Source: an uncultured Gammaproteobacteria bacterium (lineage in GTDB: Bacteria > Patescibacteriota > Patescibacteriia > Magasanikbacterales > UBA922). Taken from it: DNA of 64,000 nt. The notes below the pieces were generated by a model that did not search any database, was not told where the DNA came from, and worked only from the letters and a program-made list of their open reading frames with translations. Positions 18,927-28,891 of this stretch are shown here, piece after piece (position 1 is the stretch's first letter; each line of letters begins with the position of its first letter). The position numbers and the translations under genes are program-made. Location of the stretch: positions 38,955 to 102,954 of the forward strand of contig CAYUTO010000002.1 of the NCBI GenBank assembly GCA_964447765.1. The letters are read 5' to 3'.

Positions 18927-20579
18927 ATGAGTGTAATCATCGGTGCCATGTTTAAGAAATTTGTAAGTTCTTACATTTTTTTGATTATTTCAGGCGCCAT
19001 TGGTGCAGTATTTTTTTTGTTACTCTACAGCGAGCTACTCGATACGTCTTACATTGAGTGGACCTTGTGGATCGGGGGAGATCCATTCCAGCACTACATT
19101 GGCTGGGAATTATTCAGGGATTCTCCGTGGTCATTTCCGCTGGGGAATATTAGTCATTTAGTATATCCAAACGGCGTACCACTTACCTTCACTGACTCCA
19201 TTCCTCTGCTTTCATTTATTTTGAAATTATTTTCGACTTGGCTTCCATTTCCATTCCAGTTTGATGGCATCTGGATACTGAGTTGTTTTATTCTGCAAGG
19301 AATGTTTGGGTATCTACTTACCTATCACTATCTGCAGAAGAAAGCTTTGTCTGTAATTGGAAGTATATTTTTTATTTTGTCTCCGATTATGCTCTTCCGT
19401 CTCGGCGGACACTCAGCACTCGGAGCTCACTGGCTGATACTGTGGTCGTTGTGGTTGTTACTAAAAAATGGGAAAACCAGAATCTGGCAGTGGACTACAA
19501 TTTTAATATTGACGGTATTGATTCATCCGTACCTGCTATTTATTTGCGGAGCGTTATTTGTAGCAGATTTAGTGAGACGAATAATGCTGCTCAAAGTATT
19601 ATCAGCACAGAAAGGAAGTTTATTTTTTGGGATCGATGTCGCACTCGTGCTTCTACTTTCATGGGTAGTCGGGGTATTCTCGACTGGAAGCGGAGCAGCG
19701 CCCGGGTATGGAGTCTTCTCTCTTGATCTGAATAGTCTTATCAATCCCTATGGCTGGTCTACGATTATTAAAAACATGAATGTTCGTGAACCCAATGAAG
19801 GGTTTGCTTATCTGGGTCTTGGTGTCCTTATACTTCTAGGACTCTCTCTCTATCAGTTTGTACAGGATAAAAAATATACGAGCATTAAGGAAAAACTCCG
19901 CGAATGGTGGCCACTGATTTCTATTTCAGGAATCCTCATTATTCTTGCTATCTCAAATGTAGTTTCAGTATGGGGTAAAGAAATAGTACTTTTTCCATTA
20001 CCTGACAGTATTCGTGAAGGAATGATGGGTATTGTTCGGTCATCGGGCAGATTATTCTGGCCCGTGTATTACCTAATTGTACTTGCATCTTTTTTTGTCA
20101 TAAAAAAATCTCGTACGTATATTGCGTATGGTCTTATGATTTTTGCGGTTGCGGTACAGGTGTATGATTTCAAGGATAAGCTTTTGGAATTGGATAATTT
20201 TTATGAAGCAGTTGTGTGGCAAAATCCACTAGTTGATCCGTTTTGGAATCGCGCTGCCGAAGAAATAAAACATATTTCATTTGTACCTTCGTATGTACCA
20301 GGAACCTATGAAGCAATTGCATTTTTTGCTGCAGAACATAATATGACATTGAATACAGGGTATGTAGTACGAGCAGCAGGACTTCTCAATAAAGATTTTA
20401 TGGATGCAGAAGTTCGTTCTCTCGAAGAGGGTATCGTTGCGGACAACACACTTTATATGTTTCTTAATGAAAAAACAGCACATGAAATGACTGAGAAAGT
20501 TGATGAATCACTCTACGCGGTAAAAATAATTGATGGGTATGCAATTCTTGCACCAGTCGATTTGTTAATCGAGAAATAA
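18927..20579 (+). CDS. Polytopic integral membrane protein, putative GT-C-type glycosyltransferase
   Basis: More than 10 predicted TM helices with large loops. Directly upstream of a GT2 gene. Start moved to the Met just after the aspS stop. Confidence 0.4.
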   Translation: MSVIIGAMFKKFVSSYIFLIISGAIGAVFFLLLYSELLDTSYIEWTLWIGGDPFQHYIGWELFRDSPWSFPLGNISHLVYPNGVPLTFTDSIPLLSFILKLFSTWLPFPFQFDGIWILSCFILQGMFGYLLTYHYLQKKALSVIGSIFFILSPIMLFRLGGHSALGAHWLILWSLWLLLKNGKTRIWQWTTILILTVLIHPYLLFICGALFVADLVRRIMLLKVLSAQKGSLFFGIDVALVLLLSWVVGVFSTGSGAAPGYGVFSLDLNSLINPYGWSTIIKNMNVREPNEGFAYLGLGVLILLGLSLYQFVQDKKYTSIKEKLREWWPLISISGILIILAISNVVSVWGKEIVLFPLPDSIREGMMGIVRSSGRLFWPVYYLIVLASFFVIKKSRTYIAYGLMIFAVAVQVYDFKDKLLELDNFYEAVVWQNPLVDPFWNRAAEEIKHISFVPSYVPGTYEAIAFFAAEHNMTLNTGYVVRAAGLLNKDFMDAEVRSLEEGIVADNTLYMFLNEKTAHEMTEKVDESLYAVKIIDGYAILAPVDLLIEK

Positions 20580-20584
20580 AGCAT

Positions 20585-21322
20585 ATGGAAAAATCGCGAG
20601 CGATAATTATTCCCGTGTATAATGGGGCACCATACTTATCTGAAACATTTCGAGAATTGGGTCAGTTGGTAAACAATCATCAGATTATTTTTGTTGACGA
20701 TGGAAGTATCGATGATACAGGGGTGCTTTTGGAAAAATTCTATACAGAAAATGCGTCTTCGGTTGCGATTGTGACTTATACAAAAAACATGGGTAAAGGG
20801 TATGCGATACGCGAAGGATTAAAGAAGGTGGGTGAAGGGTGTAAGGTGGTAGCATTCACTGATGTAGAAATTCCTTATGGCGTTGAAGCTCTTCACTCTG
20901 GATTTCGTGTTCTTGAGGAGAGAGATGAATTATCATTTGTATATGGAACGAGAACTGCTGCAGAAAAGACTCAAAGTCAGTATTCAACATATCGAAAAAT
21001 TGGTACACGTTTGTTCAGGTTGTTATTGTCTCGAAAACTGAGAAATATTTCAGATACTCAGAGTGGTTTAAAAGTATTCAAGAAAAAAGCTGCAGAAAAA
21101 ATTTTTCCATTGATCAAAACAAATCGGTGGGTGTTTGATCTCGAGATTTTTCTGATTGCGGAAGAGTATAAAATGAACTATCAAGAATTGCCCGTACAAT
21201 TGAAACCGGCGTGCGTGACACGTAGGGGAGGGGTACACTTTGTGAAACACGGGTGGAAAATTGTAGCTGATATTATTCGTATTCGCTCCTATGCATCTCG
21301 CGGACTATATAAAAAAACCTAG
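20585..21322 (+). CDS. Family 2 glycosyltransferase (polyprenyl-phosphate sugar transferase-like)
   Basis: IIIPVYNGAPYLSETF...IIFVDDGSIDDTG... is a GT2 DxD region. 245 aa. Confidence 0.75.
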   Translation: MEKSRAIIIPVYNGAPYLSETFRELGQLVNNHQIIFVDDGSIDDTGVLLEKFYTENASSVAIVTYTKNMGKGYAIREGLKKVGEGCKVVAFTDVEIPYGVEALHSGFRVLEERDELSFVYGTRTAAEKTQSQYSTYRKIGTRLFRLLLSRKLRNISDTQSGLKVFKKKAAEKIFPLIKTNRWVFDLEIFLIAEEYKMNYQELPVQLKPACVTRRGGVHFVKHGWKIVADIIRIRSYASRGLYKKT

Positions 21323-22946
21323 AATACAAAATGGTCTAGTTGGTGTCGCGCTATTGATACTAGGGTTTTTATTGTATTACCAGACGCTTACCGTTGGATT
21401 TTTGAGTGATGATTGGCATGCAGTGTCAGTCGTCAAAGATACAAAAAATATTTTTCAATTTTTCGTTACGAATATTGTAGGAACTACCACTGGAAGTAGT
21501 TACGGGCCTTTTTGGAATCTTGCATTATTTTTTCAGTATCAATTATTTCATCTGCAGTCAGTTGGCTACCATGTGATAAGTATACTGACGATGGTTGCTA
21601 CCGCTCTCGCATTATACGGATTTACTCGCCGACTAACTAGGTCTTTCATAATCGCGTGTGGTGCTGCATTGCTATTTTTATTTGTACCAAGCCATGTTGA
21701 ATCGGTTGCTTGGATTTCGGGTCAACCACATCTGATAGCGACTGCACTCTATGTAGCTGCACTATATTGCTATAGTGTGTTCTCGTCACAAAAAAAGGTG
21801 ATGTATTATGTCAGTGCATGCGCTTTAGCTCTTGGTTCGTTATTAACAAAAGAAATTGGTATCAGTGTTATTGCAATATTTTTCCTTATTGATGTATGGT
21901 TTGGTACTATTTCATCCAAAAAAACAGAACTAAAAAAAACGTTAGTACATGTGCTGAAATATTATCTCCCTCTGCTGGTGATTTTTGTGTTGTACATGGT
22001 GATGCGTAGATACACAACGGGAGTAGTACTAGGTTATTACGGAAGTCAGTCGTTGATTTTTTCAGTAACAGAAATGATTGAAATGGCGATTCGAATGACT
22101 ATTGGATTATTTGCGTCCTATCCTTTGAGAGAGGATGTGGTTATGTGGATCATGGGTCATATTAGAATAGTCTCGGCGTGTATTGTTGTTGTATATGCAG
22201 GTATTCTGTGGGTGTGTAGAAAGCAGGTGTATAGCGTAATACTGATTACACTCTGCTATGTAGCTTCACTCATGCCGTACCTCACGCTTCAGTATAATGC
22301 TCTAAGTAACGAGGGTGAGCGTTATACCTATTTACCCTCCTTATTTGTATCGTTGGGTATGGCTTATTGCTTGTATGTTATCCTAAACCGATTTCGTGGG
22401 GGTAAAATAATCTATGGGGCAGTTATAGTGGTTATTATGTGGGTATGTATTTTTCCTATTCAGAAAAAAAATGCTGAATGGGTGCGAGCAGGGCGTATGG
22501 TACAAGAAACATTGCCAACAATAGAAAAAATAGACCTTGATCTGGGTAAGCCAATTATACTAGTGGGACTACCCGATCGAATCGAAGGAGCTCAGCTATT
22601 CAGAAATGGAACACTGCTTGCACTAGAATTATTAGGGTATGGTAAGTTTACAGGGGATCGCGTGTTGATGTCGCCCTTATTAGCAGACAGTTATTCAGAA
22701 GAAACTGCGGTTATTGATATGCGTACGTGCGAGGATGATGTGGAAGCACTATGTGTATTCTCAGGAGAGGGTAAAGATCATCAGTTCACTGGATTACCAT
22801 TAGTAGAAATGTTCGATGTAAAGTTTACCTTGGAAGATTTTAGAAAAACTGATCATACGGGAGAATATATACGGATTGAAGGCGCGATTGAAAACACTAA
22901 CATAGTGTATTTCAATCATAATACGTTTCAATTATTTGCCAAATAA
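21291..22946 (+). CDS. Polytopic membrane protein, GT-C-like (PMT/ArnT-like) putative glycosyltransferase
   Basis: First extracytoplasmic loop carries LSDDWH (a DD motif typical of GT-C). About 12 TM helices. C-terminal soluble domain. Confidence 0.4.
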   Translation: MHLADYIKKPRIQNGLVGVALLILGFLLYYQTLTVGFLSDDWHAVSVVKDTKNIFQFFVTNIVGTTTGSSYGPFWNLALFFQYQLFHLQSVGYHVISILTMVATALALYGFTRRLTRSFIIACGAALLFLFVPSHVESVAWISGQPHLIATALYVAALYCYSVFSSQKKVMYYVSACALALGSLLTKEIGISVIAIFFLIDVWFGTISSKKTELKKTLVHVLKYYLPLLVIFVLYMVMRRYTTGVVLGYYGSQSLIFSVTEMIEMAIRMTIGLFASYPLREDVVMWIMGHIRIVSACIVVVYAGILWVCRKQVYSVILITLCYVASLMPYLTLQYNALSNEGERYTYLPSLFVSLGMAYCLYVILNRFRGGKIIYGAVIVVIMWVCIFPIQKKNAEWVRAGRMVQETLPTIEKIDLDLGKPIILVGLPDRIEGAQLFRNGTLLALELLGYGKFTGDRVLMSPLLADSYSEETAVIDMRTCEDDVEALCVFSGEGKDHQFTGLPLVEMFDVKFTLEDFRKTDHTGEYIRIEGAIENTNIVYFNHNTFQLFAK

Positions 22947-22989
22947 CCCTTGCGAGCGAGGGTTATTTTTGCTAGACTAGACCGTACGT

Positions 22990-23676
22990 ATGGATATAAA
23001 AGTAGGACAATTTAGCGGTCCGCTTGATCTGTTGCTCGGGCTTATTCAGGAAGAGAAATTGGAAATCAGCGAGGTTTCCATGTCCAAGGTAACAGAGCAG
23101 TTTCTTCTGTATCTGGAAAAGCTCGAAGAAACAGATGCAGTTGAACTTGCAGATTTTCTGGTAGTCGCTGCAAAATTGTTGTTTGCAAAATCAAAACATT
23201 TGTTATCTTCGATTGAGCCAGATGAAGAGGAAGGACCTCCGTTGGAAGAACAATTGAGGCTATATAGACTATTTGTTGAAACGAGTAAGAAAATAGACGC
23301 GCTATGGCTAGGGCCATTTCATAGTTATGTGAGAATTGAGGAGCCACGACTTCCAACGTCTATTCCAGTTCCTGAAAATCTTACACTGAATAATTGGAGT
23401 CTTTCAATTGCAAATCTCCTCAAACGTTTGTCACCTCCGAAAGCATTGCCTGAAACACGAATTGATCGTACCGTTTCACTGAAAGAAACTATATCACGCT
23501 TGAAAAAATTATTAGAAGTAGAAGGGGCTACGAAGTTTTCAGATATTTTAGGAAGCAGTGCGACAAAAACAGAAATTATTGTGAGTTTTTTGGCACTTCT
23601 CGAATTAGTAAAACAGCGTGAGGCCGAAGTAAATCAAACAACTGCATTTTCAGACATTCACATTGCTAAAGCCTAA
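22990..23676 (+). CDS. scpA: Segregation and condensation protein A
   Basis: MDIKVGQFSGPLDLLLGLIQEEKLEISEVSMSKVTEQFL is the ScpA N-terminal signature. Confidence 0.85.
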   Translation: MDIKVGQFSGPLDLLLGLIQEEKLEISEVSMSKVTEQFLLYLEKLEETDAVELADFLVVAAKLLFAKSKHLLSSIEPDEEEGPPLEEQLRLYRLFVETSKKIDALWLGPFHSYVRIEEPRLPTSIPVPENLTLNNWSLSIANLLKRLSPPKALPETRIDRTVSLKETISRLKKLLEVEGATKFSDILGSSATKTEIIVSFLALLELVKQREAEVNQTTAFSDIHIAKA

Positions 23677-23685
23677 CATTCTCGT

Positions 23686-24237
23686 ATGAAAGACATCATC
23701 AGTATTCTCGAATCAATTCTATTTGTCGCCTCAAAGCCACTCACCGTGAAAGCGCTTGCGCGAGCACTCGAAGTGAATGAAGGGGATATTGAAGGTGGTT
23801 TAGTACCTATAAGTGAAAAATATACGGGGGTATGTGGGATACACTATCTCCGAGTAGATGATACCGTACAATTGGTCACGAATCCTGCAAATACGGTAGA
23901 AGTTGAAAAATTTGTAGCACGGGACATCTTAGGTGAACTTACCAAAGCACAATTGGAAACACTGACAGTTATTGGCTATCGAGGTCCGATTACCAGGCCT
24001 GAGATTGAAGAAATCAGAGGAGTGAATTGTGCGGTCATACTTCGTACATTGCTCATTCGTGACTTGGTGGAAGAACATGAGTCAAGTGACAGTGTTCTTC
24101 CAACATATACCGTGTCTCTCACTGCATTACGACAATTGGGTGTAGGGAAAGTGGAAGAATTGCCAGACTACGCAGAAATTCATAATCATGCCTATTTTTC
24201 TCGACCGGGAGAAAGTTCACCTGCAGAAACAAATTAA
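23686..24237 (+). CDS. scpB: Segregation and condensation protein B
   Basis: ILESILFVASKPLTVKALARALEV is a ScpB winged-helix signature. Confidence 0.85.
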   Translation: MKDIISILESILFVASKPLTVKALARALEVNEGDIEGGLVPISEKYTGVCGIHYLRVDDTVQLVTNPANTVEVEKFVARDILGELTKAQLETLTVIGYRGPITRPEIEEIRGVNCAVILRTLLIRDLVEEHESSDSVLPTYTVSLTALRQLGVGKVEELPDYAEIHNHAYFSRPGESSPAETN

Positions 24238-24256
24238 TTGTCCAAAGATTTTGTAT

Positions 24257-25309
24257 ATGGAAGAACCAAAAATAATTGATACGATGAACAGAATTTCCCC
24301 AAACGCATGGAGGAATAGTATCTGTGTAGTAGTCTTGAGCGCGATTGCGACTGGTTGGGGACTGTATGTATTTCATGGTCGTCTCTACAAACCGCTTGAG
24401 CTCACTGAGTCTGAGCAGACTATGCTCGTGGTGAATAAACCAATCACCGAAGTAAAGGGAATAAAAGAATATCGTCCCTATATCATTGGGGGAGATGTCG
24501 CTCATACGGTGATCATGCCAAAAAAACGGGACATGTTTATCCCGTTTGATATGAGGGGAATTTCTGCTGAGACCGTGTTGATAAAAGATATGGAAACCGG
24601 GGAAGTGTTATTTGGTAATAATGAATACACTTCTCGTTCGCTTGCGAGTATTACTAAATTGATGAGTGCACTAGTTCTCGAAGAACGTGTCTCTGATTGG
24701 AATGCGGTTGTTGCAAGTCCTGCTGATACGATCTTTGATTCCCACATATATGCCTATGACTCAACGTCCCTTGAAGAATGGTTTAGGGTTGCATTGATTG
24801 GATCATCTAATCGCGCAATGCTTACCTTGGTTGATGGTAGTGGGTATACACGCGAGGAGTTTGTTAATCGCATGAATGAAAAAGCTTTTGAATTGGGGAT
24901 GACTGATACTCATTTTACAGAGCCTACCGGAATTGATTCCGGGAATGTTTCTACTGCGTCAGATGTCGCTCTTCTTCTTCGTGAAGCATTGCGTCACGAG
25001 CATATTGTAGCCTCACTCGGAATACACTCAATTGATCATCGGTCTTCGGTAACAGAAAAAACAACCACTATTCGGAATACAAATCGATTACTAACTCAAT
25101 GGGTTGTGAATGAATTTGCTGAATCAGTGATAGGAAAAACAGGCTATATCGTCGAGTCTAAATATAATTTTGCAGGTAAATTTTCAAAAAGTTCTGAACG
25201 TCAGTTGTTGGTCGTAGTGCTTGGGTCAGAGAATGAAACAACGCGTTTTACGGATGCATCAACTCTTGCTGGTTGGGCATTTACGAACTATGAATGGGTT
25301 ATTAACTAA
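24257..25309 (+). CDS. D-alanyl-D-alanine carboxypeptidase (serine-type, peptidase S11 / PBP5-like), membrane-anchored
   Basis: SxxK motif (SITK) in RSLASITKLMSALVVLEE. SGN-like and KTG (GKTGY) motifs present. N-terminal TM. Confidence 0.75.
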   Translation: MEEPKIIDTMNRISPNAWRNSICVVVLSAIATGWGLYVFHGRLYKPLELTESEQTMLVVNKPITEVKGIKEYRPYIIGGDVAHTVIMPKKRDMFIPFDMRGISAETVLIKDMETGEVLFGNNEYTSRSLASITKLMSALVLEERVSDWNAVVASPADTIFDSHIYAYDSTSLEEWFRVALIGSSNRAMLTLVDGSGYTREEFVNRMNEKAFELGMTDTHFTEPTGIDSGNVSTASDVALLLREALRHEHIVASLGIHSIDHRSSVTEKTTTIRNTNRLLTQWVVNEFAESVIGKTGYIVESKYNFAGKFSKSSERQLLVVVLGSENETTRFTDASTLAGWAFTNYEWVIN

Positions 25310-25321
25310 GACATGAAACAA

Positions 25322-26281
25322 TTAACTTTTGTTCGTTGTTTCATGTTCGTTGCTAATAGTAAGAAGTACAATTTCCGGCATGCAGAATAATCGTGCACGC
25401 GGCTCTGATTCTCCCAGTCCTCGTGAAACAAATAAATACTCTCCTTTTCGTTCAGGTTCGTGAAGTCCTTGATATAAGTTTTTGGGGAGGAGGTTGTCTG
25501 CTTTTGCGAGTGGTCCGATATAGGGGAGTCGGAGCTGTCCTCCGTGAGTATGTCCAGAAATCGTCAAGTCAATTCCTTCGGGGTGAGGGTGGTAGAGATA
25601 AGCTGGATTATGGACAAGGGCAATAATAGGAAGTTGGGTGTCTCTCGTATTAACAGATGAATAATTGAGCGTATTTTTCCACACTTCATCTCCGCCAAAT
25701 AAATAGAGTTCCTGGTTTTTGATTTTCAATTTGAGAATTTGGTTTTGAAGGTATTTTATTCCATATGAGTGGAGTATTTTTTTTGTGTGCTCACTCACAT
25801 CGGCATATCGTTTCTGTATAGGGTTAGTACCGATATGATCACTCAGTCCATATTCGTGATTTCCATGAACGGCGTAGACTGGATATTTTTCAGTTAATTT
25901 TTTGAGTGGAGATAAGTAATTCACTTCATCTTGGTGGGGTACACAATTAAAGGTATGATCACCAACCAATACCACTATATCCGGATTAAGCTTAATGGTT
26001 TCTGCGACCACGCGTTCAAAAAAACTAGTCTTTTTATATGGACCTGCATGTAGGTCAGTAAGTACAGCTATGGTAAATTCATGGCGTACCTTGGAAAGTT
26101 TAATTGGTACGTGTTTTATTTCAATTATTTTTGGTTCAATAAAACTTCCCCAGATTAATACAATCGCTGCAATCAGGGAAAAAACTGAGAGCAGAGGAAT
26201 AAATAATAAAAATGCTAGCCACATGAGGAGGCCAAGTAGGATTCCACTACCAATGATTGAATCGTAATATACAGGTTTCAT
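25322..26281 (-). CDS. Membrane-anchored metallophosphoesterase (calcineurin-like, YkuE-type)
   Basis: VLTDLHAGPY, GDHTF, GNHEY, GHTHGGQ phosphoesterase motifs. Two N-terminal TM helices. Confidence 0.8.
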   Translation of the reverse strand: MKPVYYDSIIGSGILLGLLMWLAFLLFIPLLSVFSLIAAIVLIWGSFIEPKIIEIKHVPIKLSKVRHEFTIAVLTDLHAGPYKKTSFFERVVAETIKLNPDIVVLVGDHTFNCVPHQDEVNYLSPLKKLTEKYPVYAVHGNHEYGLSDHIGTNPIQKRYADVSEHTKKILHSYGIKYLQNQILKLKIKNQELYLFGGDEVWKNTLNYSSVNTRDTQLPIIALVHNPAYLYHPHPEGIDLTISGHTHGGQLRLPYIGPLAKADNLLPKNLYQGLHEPERKGEYLFVSRGLGESEPRARLFCMPEIVLLTISNEHETTNKS

Positions 26282-26377
26282 ATGTTAGTCTAATTATTCT
26301 TGAAGAAGAATAGTATTCAAAGATGAGGTGGAGTCTAGCATAGCATGTTCTTTTTGTACACATTAGGTATTCAAAAA

Positions 26378-26455
26378 CCGCATACAAATGCGGCTGCGTG
26401 TGTTGGTAGGGAAAGGTCGAGCAGCGCGTTGTGTTGCGCTGTACTCGACCTTTCC
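26378..26455 (-). terminator. Tandem hairpins: an 18-bp GC-rich stem, then a ccgcat/atgcgg stem with a U-run. Terminator of island-B gene 1.
   Basis: ggaaaggtcgagcagcgc...gcgctgtactcgacctttcc (26409-26455), and ccgcatacaaatgcgg preceded on the plus strand by aaaaa. Confidence 0.65.
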
Positions 26456-26462
26456 TCGGTGT

Positions 26463-27068
26463 TCATCCTGCCTTCCGCGCATCTTGCGCAGGACTGAAGA
26501 TGAACTTTTCTTTTCCCCCGCGACCATGATAGGTGATCGAACCACTGGTGGTCTTCGCATTCTTACCTGTGCGATGCCAGGTGATGGTGGTACCAGGAGA
26601 CATTACGAGAAGAACTTCGTAGATTACTCCGAGGTAGGCGAGTCGGAGAGAATCTTTTCGCCACTTCTCTCCCGACGCAATAGTGATCACCTTGTTGTTC
26701 GTATCGAGCCAGGCTTTGCCTTGGTCGCCAGACTCAATATGGAGGAGGACGAGAACTTTGTCCTCGATCATCGACTTCAGCCACGGTTTGACGATGAGAG
26801 GTTTTCCATTCCCTCCAATCACCACCTCGGCTTCGGCGAGATAGCGGCGCTCGCCCCTCTGTTCCATGCCGTCTTGGTTGGCACGTGTGAAGGGTTCGCG
26901 GATTACCAGCTGTCGTTCAGTACTTAAACTGAGATGAACAAATGTGCCATGTCTTCGAGGTCCTACACCAATGGGGATTGCGAGTCCATCACTGTGTGTG
27001 AAGAGTTGGATCTTTGGAGTATGTTTGTTCGCTCCATCTCGTTGGACTTTGATATCACTGAAATACAT
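26463..27068 (-). CDS. Hypothetical protein (GC-rich island B, gene 1)
   Basis: ORF track 26463..27101. Internal ATG at 27068 has SD GGAGGgaacaATG. No recognisable motif. TTGACT-17-TATCCT promoter candidate upstream. Confidence 0.5.
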   Translation of the reverse strand: MYFSDIKVQRDGANKHTPKIQLFTHSDGLAIPIGVGPRRHGTFVHLSLSTERQLVIREPFTRANQDGMEQRGERRYLAEAEVVIGGNGKPLIVKPWLKSMIEDKVLVLLHIESGDQGKAWLDTNNKVITIASGEKWRKDSLRLAYLGVIYEVLLVMSPGTTITWHRTGKNAKTTSGSITYHGRGGKEKFIFSPAQDARKAG

Positions 27069-27164
27069 TGTTCCCTCCAAGGAAAATGGGTTTGGCTGCA
27101 CATAGGATACTATAAATAAGCTAAAAAGTCAAGGTTAAAGGGACGAAAAGTCTTGTGTATAAAC

Positions 27165-27250
27165 AAAAAACATCCCAGATTAATTAGGATGTTTTATTGA
27201 AGACCGGCACTACTTTATCTAAATTTTATTTAGACAAAGTAGTTGTGGCC
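27165..27250 (-). terminator. Two tandem hairpins. The first is followed by a U-run. Terminator of island-B gene 2.
   Basis: aaaacatcc...ggatgtttt stem plus tract; then ccggcactactttatctaaat / atttagacaaagtagttgtggccgg imperfect ~22-bp stem. Confidence 0.55.
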
Positions 27251-27313
27251 GGCCTCATATGAATGAACGAGATCTCCACGGTTGCTCCTACCCCACGAAT
27301 GGGAGAAAGTAGT

Positions 27314-27814
27314 TTACGACCGGAGGAGGGTGAGGATGTTAGCGAGTCGGCTGCTGAAGCTTGTCGGCGGAGGGGCCAAGCGCTTCATGATGATCTCGAG
27401 AGCGAGAGTGAGCTTCGCCTTTGCTACTCGACCTTCGCCTTCGAAGTCGCCGAGGTAGAAGTGCAGGATGTCTGCTTGGTAAGGTCCGGTTATTTCATCG
27501 GCACTCCCTTCGTCTACTCGAGTGATCTTGATATAGAACACCCAGAGTCCATCGACTGAGGAGTCGTCGGAGGCATCGCCGGCTATGTTTGCCAGAGGAC
27601 CCCAGACAAATTTTTCTTCACGCTCCGTGAAGTTGCCCATTCCATTCGCGTTGCGCAGGTAGACCTGCACTTCACCACCTTCGCAGGTAGCGAGTCCGTT
27701 CAGAGGCTTCAATGCCTCGTGGAGTGAGCCGAGCCACTTTGCCAGAGCTGAGTCAGGACCATCCTGGCTTTCCAGAATGCCGGATTCTGGAAGAGGCACC
27801 GTGATACTTTTCAT
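27314..27814 (-). CDS. Hypothetical protein (GC-rich island B, gene 2)
   Basis: The ORF track extends it to 28084, but that N-terminus overlaps tRNA-Leu. First ATG beyond the tRNA is at 27814. TTGACA-17-TAATTT promoter candidate at ~27860-27890. Confidence 0.45.
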   Translation of the reverse strand: MKSITVPLPESGILESQDGPDSALAKWLGSLHEALKPLNGLATCEGGEVQVYLRNANGMGNFTEREEKFVWGPLANIAGDASDDSSVDGLWVFYIKITRVDEGSADEITGPYQADILHFYLGDFEGEGRVAKAKLTLALEIIMKRLAPPPTSFSSRLANILTLLRS

Positions 27815-27902
27815 TGTCTGTCCATTGTAGAAAGTGCATACCGAGATTCGGCATGGTCGAGAACGACCTATGAAATTATCAGCTTCTCTTCTTTTTGTCA
27901 AG

Positions 27903-27931
27903 AATAGGGGATAAAAAAGAAGTCTTATTAC
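27903..27931 (-). terminator. Terminator of tRNA-Leu
   Basis: agaagtctt-attac-aagacttct, with an A-run on the plus strand (U-run on minus). Confidence 0.65.
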
Positions 27932-27936
27932 AAGAC

Positions 27937-28020
27937 TTCTCATTAGTGCCCAGAGAGAGAATCGAACTCTCACGATATTGCTATCACGGGATTTTGAGTC
28001 CCGCGTGTCTACCAATTCCA
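27937..28020 (-). tRNA. tRNA-Leu (anticodon CAA), type II with a long variable arm
   Basis: Reverse complement GCCCAGATGGTGGAATTGGTAGACACGCGGGACTCAAAATCCCGTGATAGCAATATCGTGAGAGTTCGATTCTCTCTCTGGGCA; anticodon loop CTCAAAA. Confidence 0.8.
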
Positions 28021-28116
28021 CCATCTGGGCATTTTTCACACCATTGGTGAAGATGAGTATAGCCTTTACTCGTACACTTGTCAACGATATGCTATACTGT
28101 ATGAAGCAAAATACCT

Positions 28117-28881
28117 ATGGCAAAAGTAATCTCAGTGGTGAATCAAAAAGGTGGGGTGGGGAAAACTACGACAACAGTCAATGTAGCTGCTTTTTTGGCT
28201 GAATTGGGAAAAATGGTATTGATTATTGATATGGACCCACAGGGGAATGCCTCAAGTGGCCTTGGAGTTAATCGAAGCGAGGTTGAGCATGGAATTTACG
28301 AAGCACTCGCAAAACAAAAACATATTTCAGATACGATATTGGAAACAAGTCATGTGGGTCTTCGTATTGCACCAGCTACTCAAAATCTTGCGGGAGCATC
28401 GGTCGAATTAGTCTCAGTTGAAAATCGAGAATTCCAACTACGTGAATTATTGAGTGAAATTCGACATGGGTATGATTATATTTTAATTGATTGCCCTCCG
28501 TCACTCGGACTTCTTACCGTCAACAGTCTCGTTGCTGCAGATCAGATCCTCATTCCGGTGCAGGCAGAATATTATGCGCTCGAAGGATTGGGGCAATTAT
28601 TAGAAACCGTAAAATTAGTACAAACACATATTCATCCAGACTTACAGGTATTAGGTGCAGTGTTGACGATGTTTGATAAACGCACCAAACTTTCAACTGA
28701 AGTCATGAATGAATTATATAAATATTTCCCAAATAATATTTTTCGATCAGTGATTCCTCGCACGATTCGCCTAGCTGAAGCACCAAGTTTTGGTCAATCA
28801 ATTTTGCAATACGAACCAAACGGTAAAGGCTCAAAAGCATACGAAAAGTTGGCGAGAGAAATTATCGAACGTCACCAATAA
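28117..28881 (+). CDS. parA: Chromosome partitioning ATPase ParA/Soj
   Basis: MAKVISVVNQKGGVGKTTTTVN is a deviant Walker A. 254 aa. Confidence 0.9.
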   Translation: MAKVISVVNQKGGVGKTTTTVNVAAFLAELGKMVLIIDMDPQGNASSGLGVNRSEVEHGIYEALAKQKHISDTILETSHVGLRIAPATQNLAGASVELVSVENREFQLRELLSEIRHGYDYILIDCPPSLGLLTVNSLVAADQILIPVQAEYYALEGLGQLLETVKLVQTHIHPDLQVLGAVLTMFDKRTKLSTEVMNELYKYFPNNIFRSVIPRTIRLAEAPSFGQSILQYEPNGKGSKAYEKLAREIIERHQ

Positions 28882-28891
28882 TTTTTTCTAT

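Noticed and set aside
24119-24505. 128-aa minus-strand ORF inside scpB / carboxypeptidase
   Set aside because: Entirely antisense to two well-supported genes. No independent evidence.
27314-28084. N-terminal 90 codons of the ORF-track gene model
   Set aside because: They overlap tRNA-Leu on the same strand. The model was truncated to the first ATG beyond the tRNA (27814).
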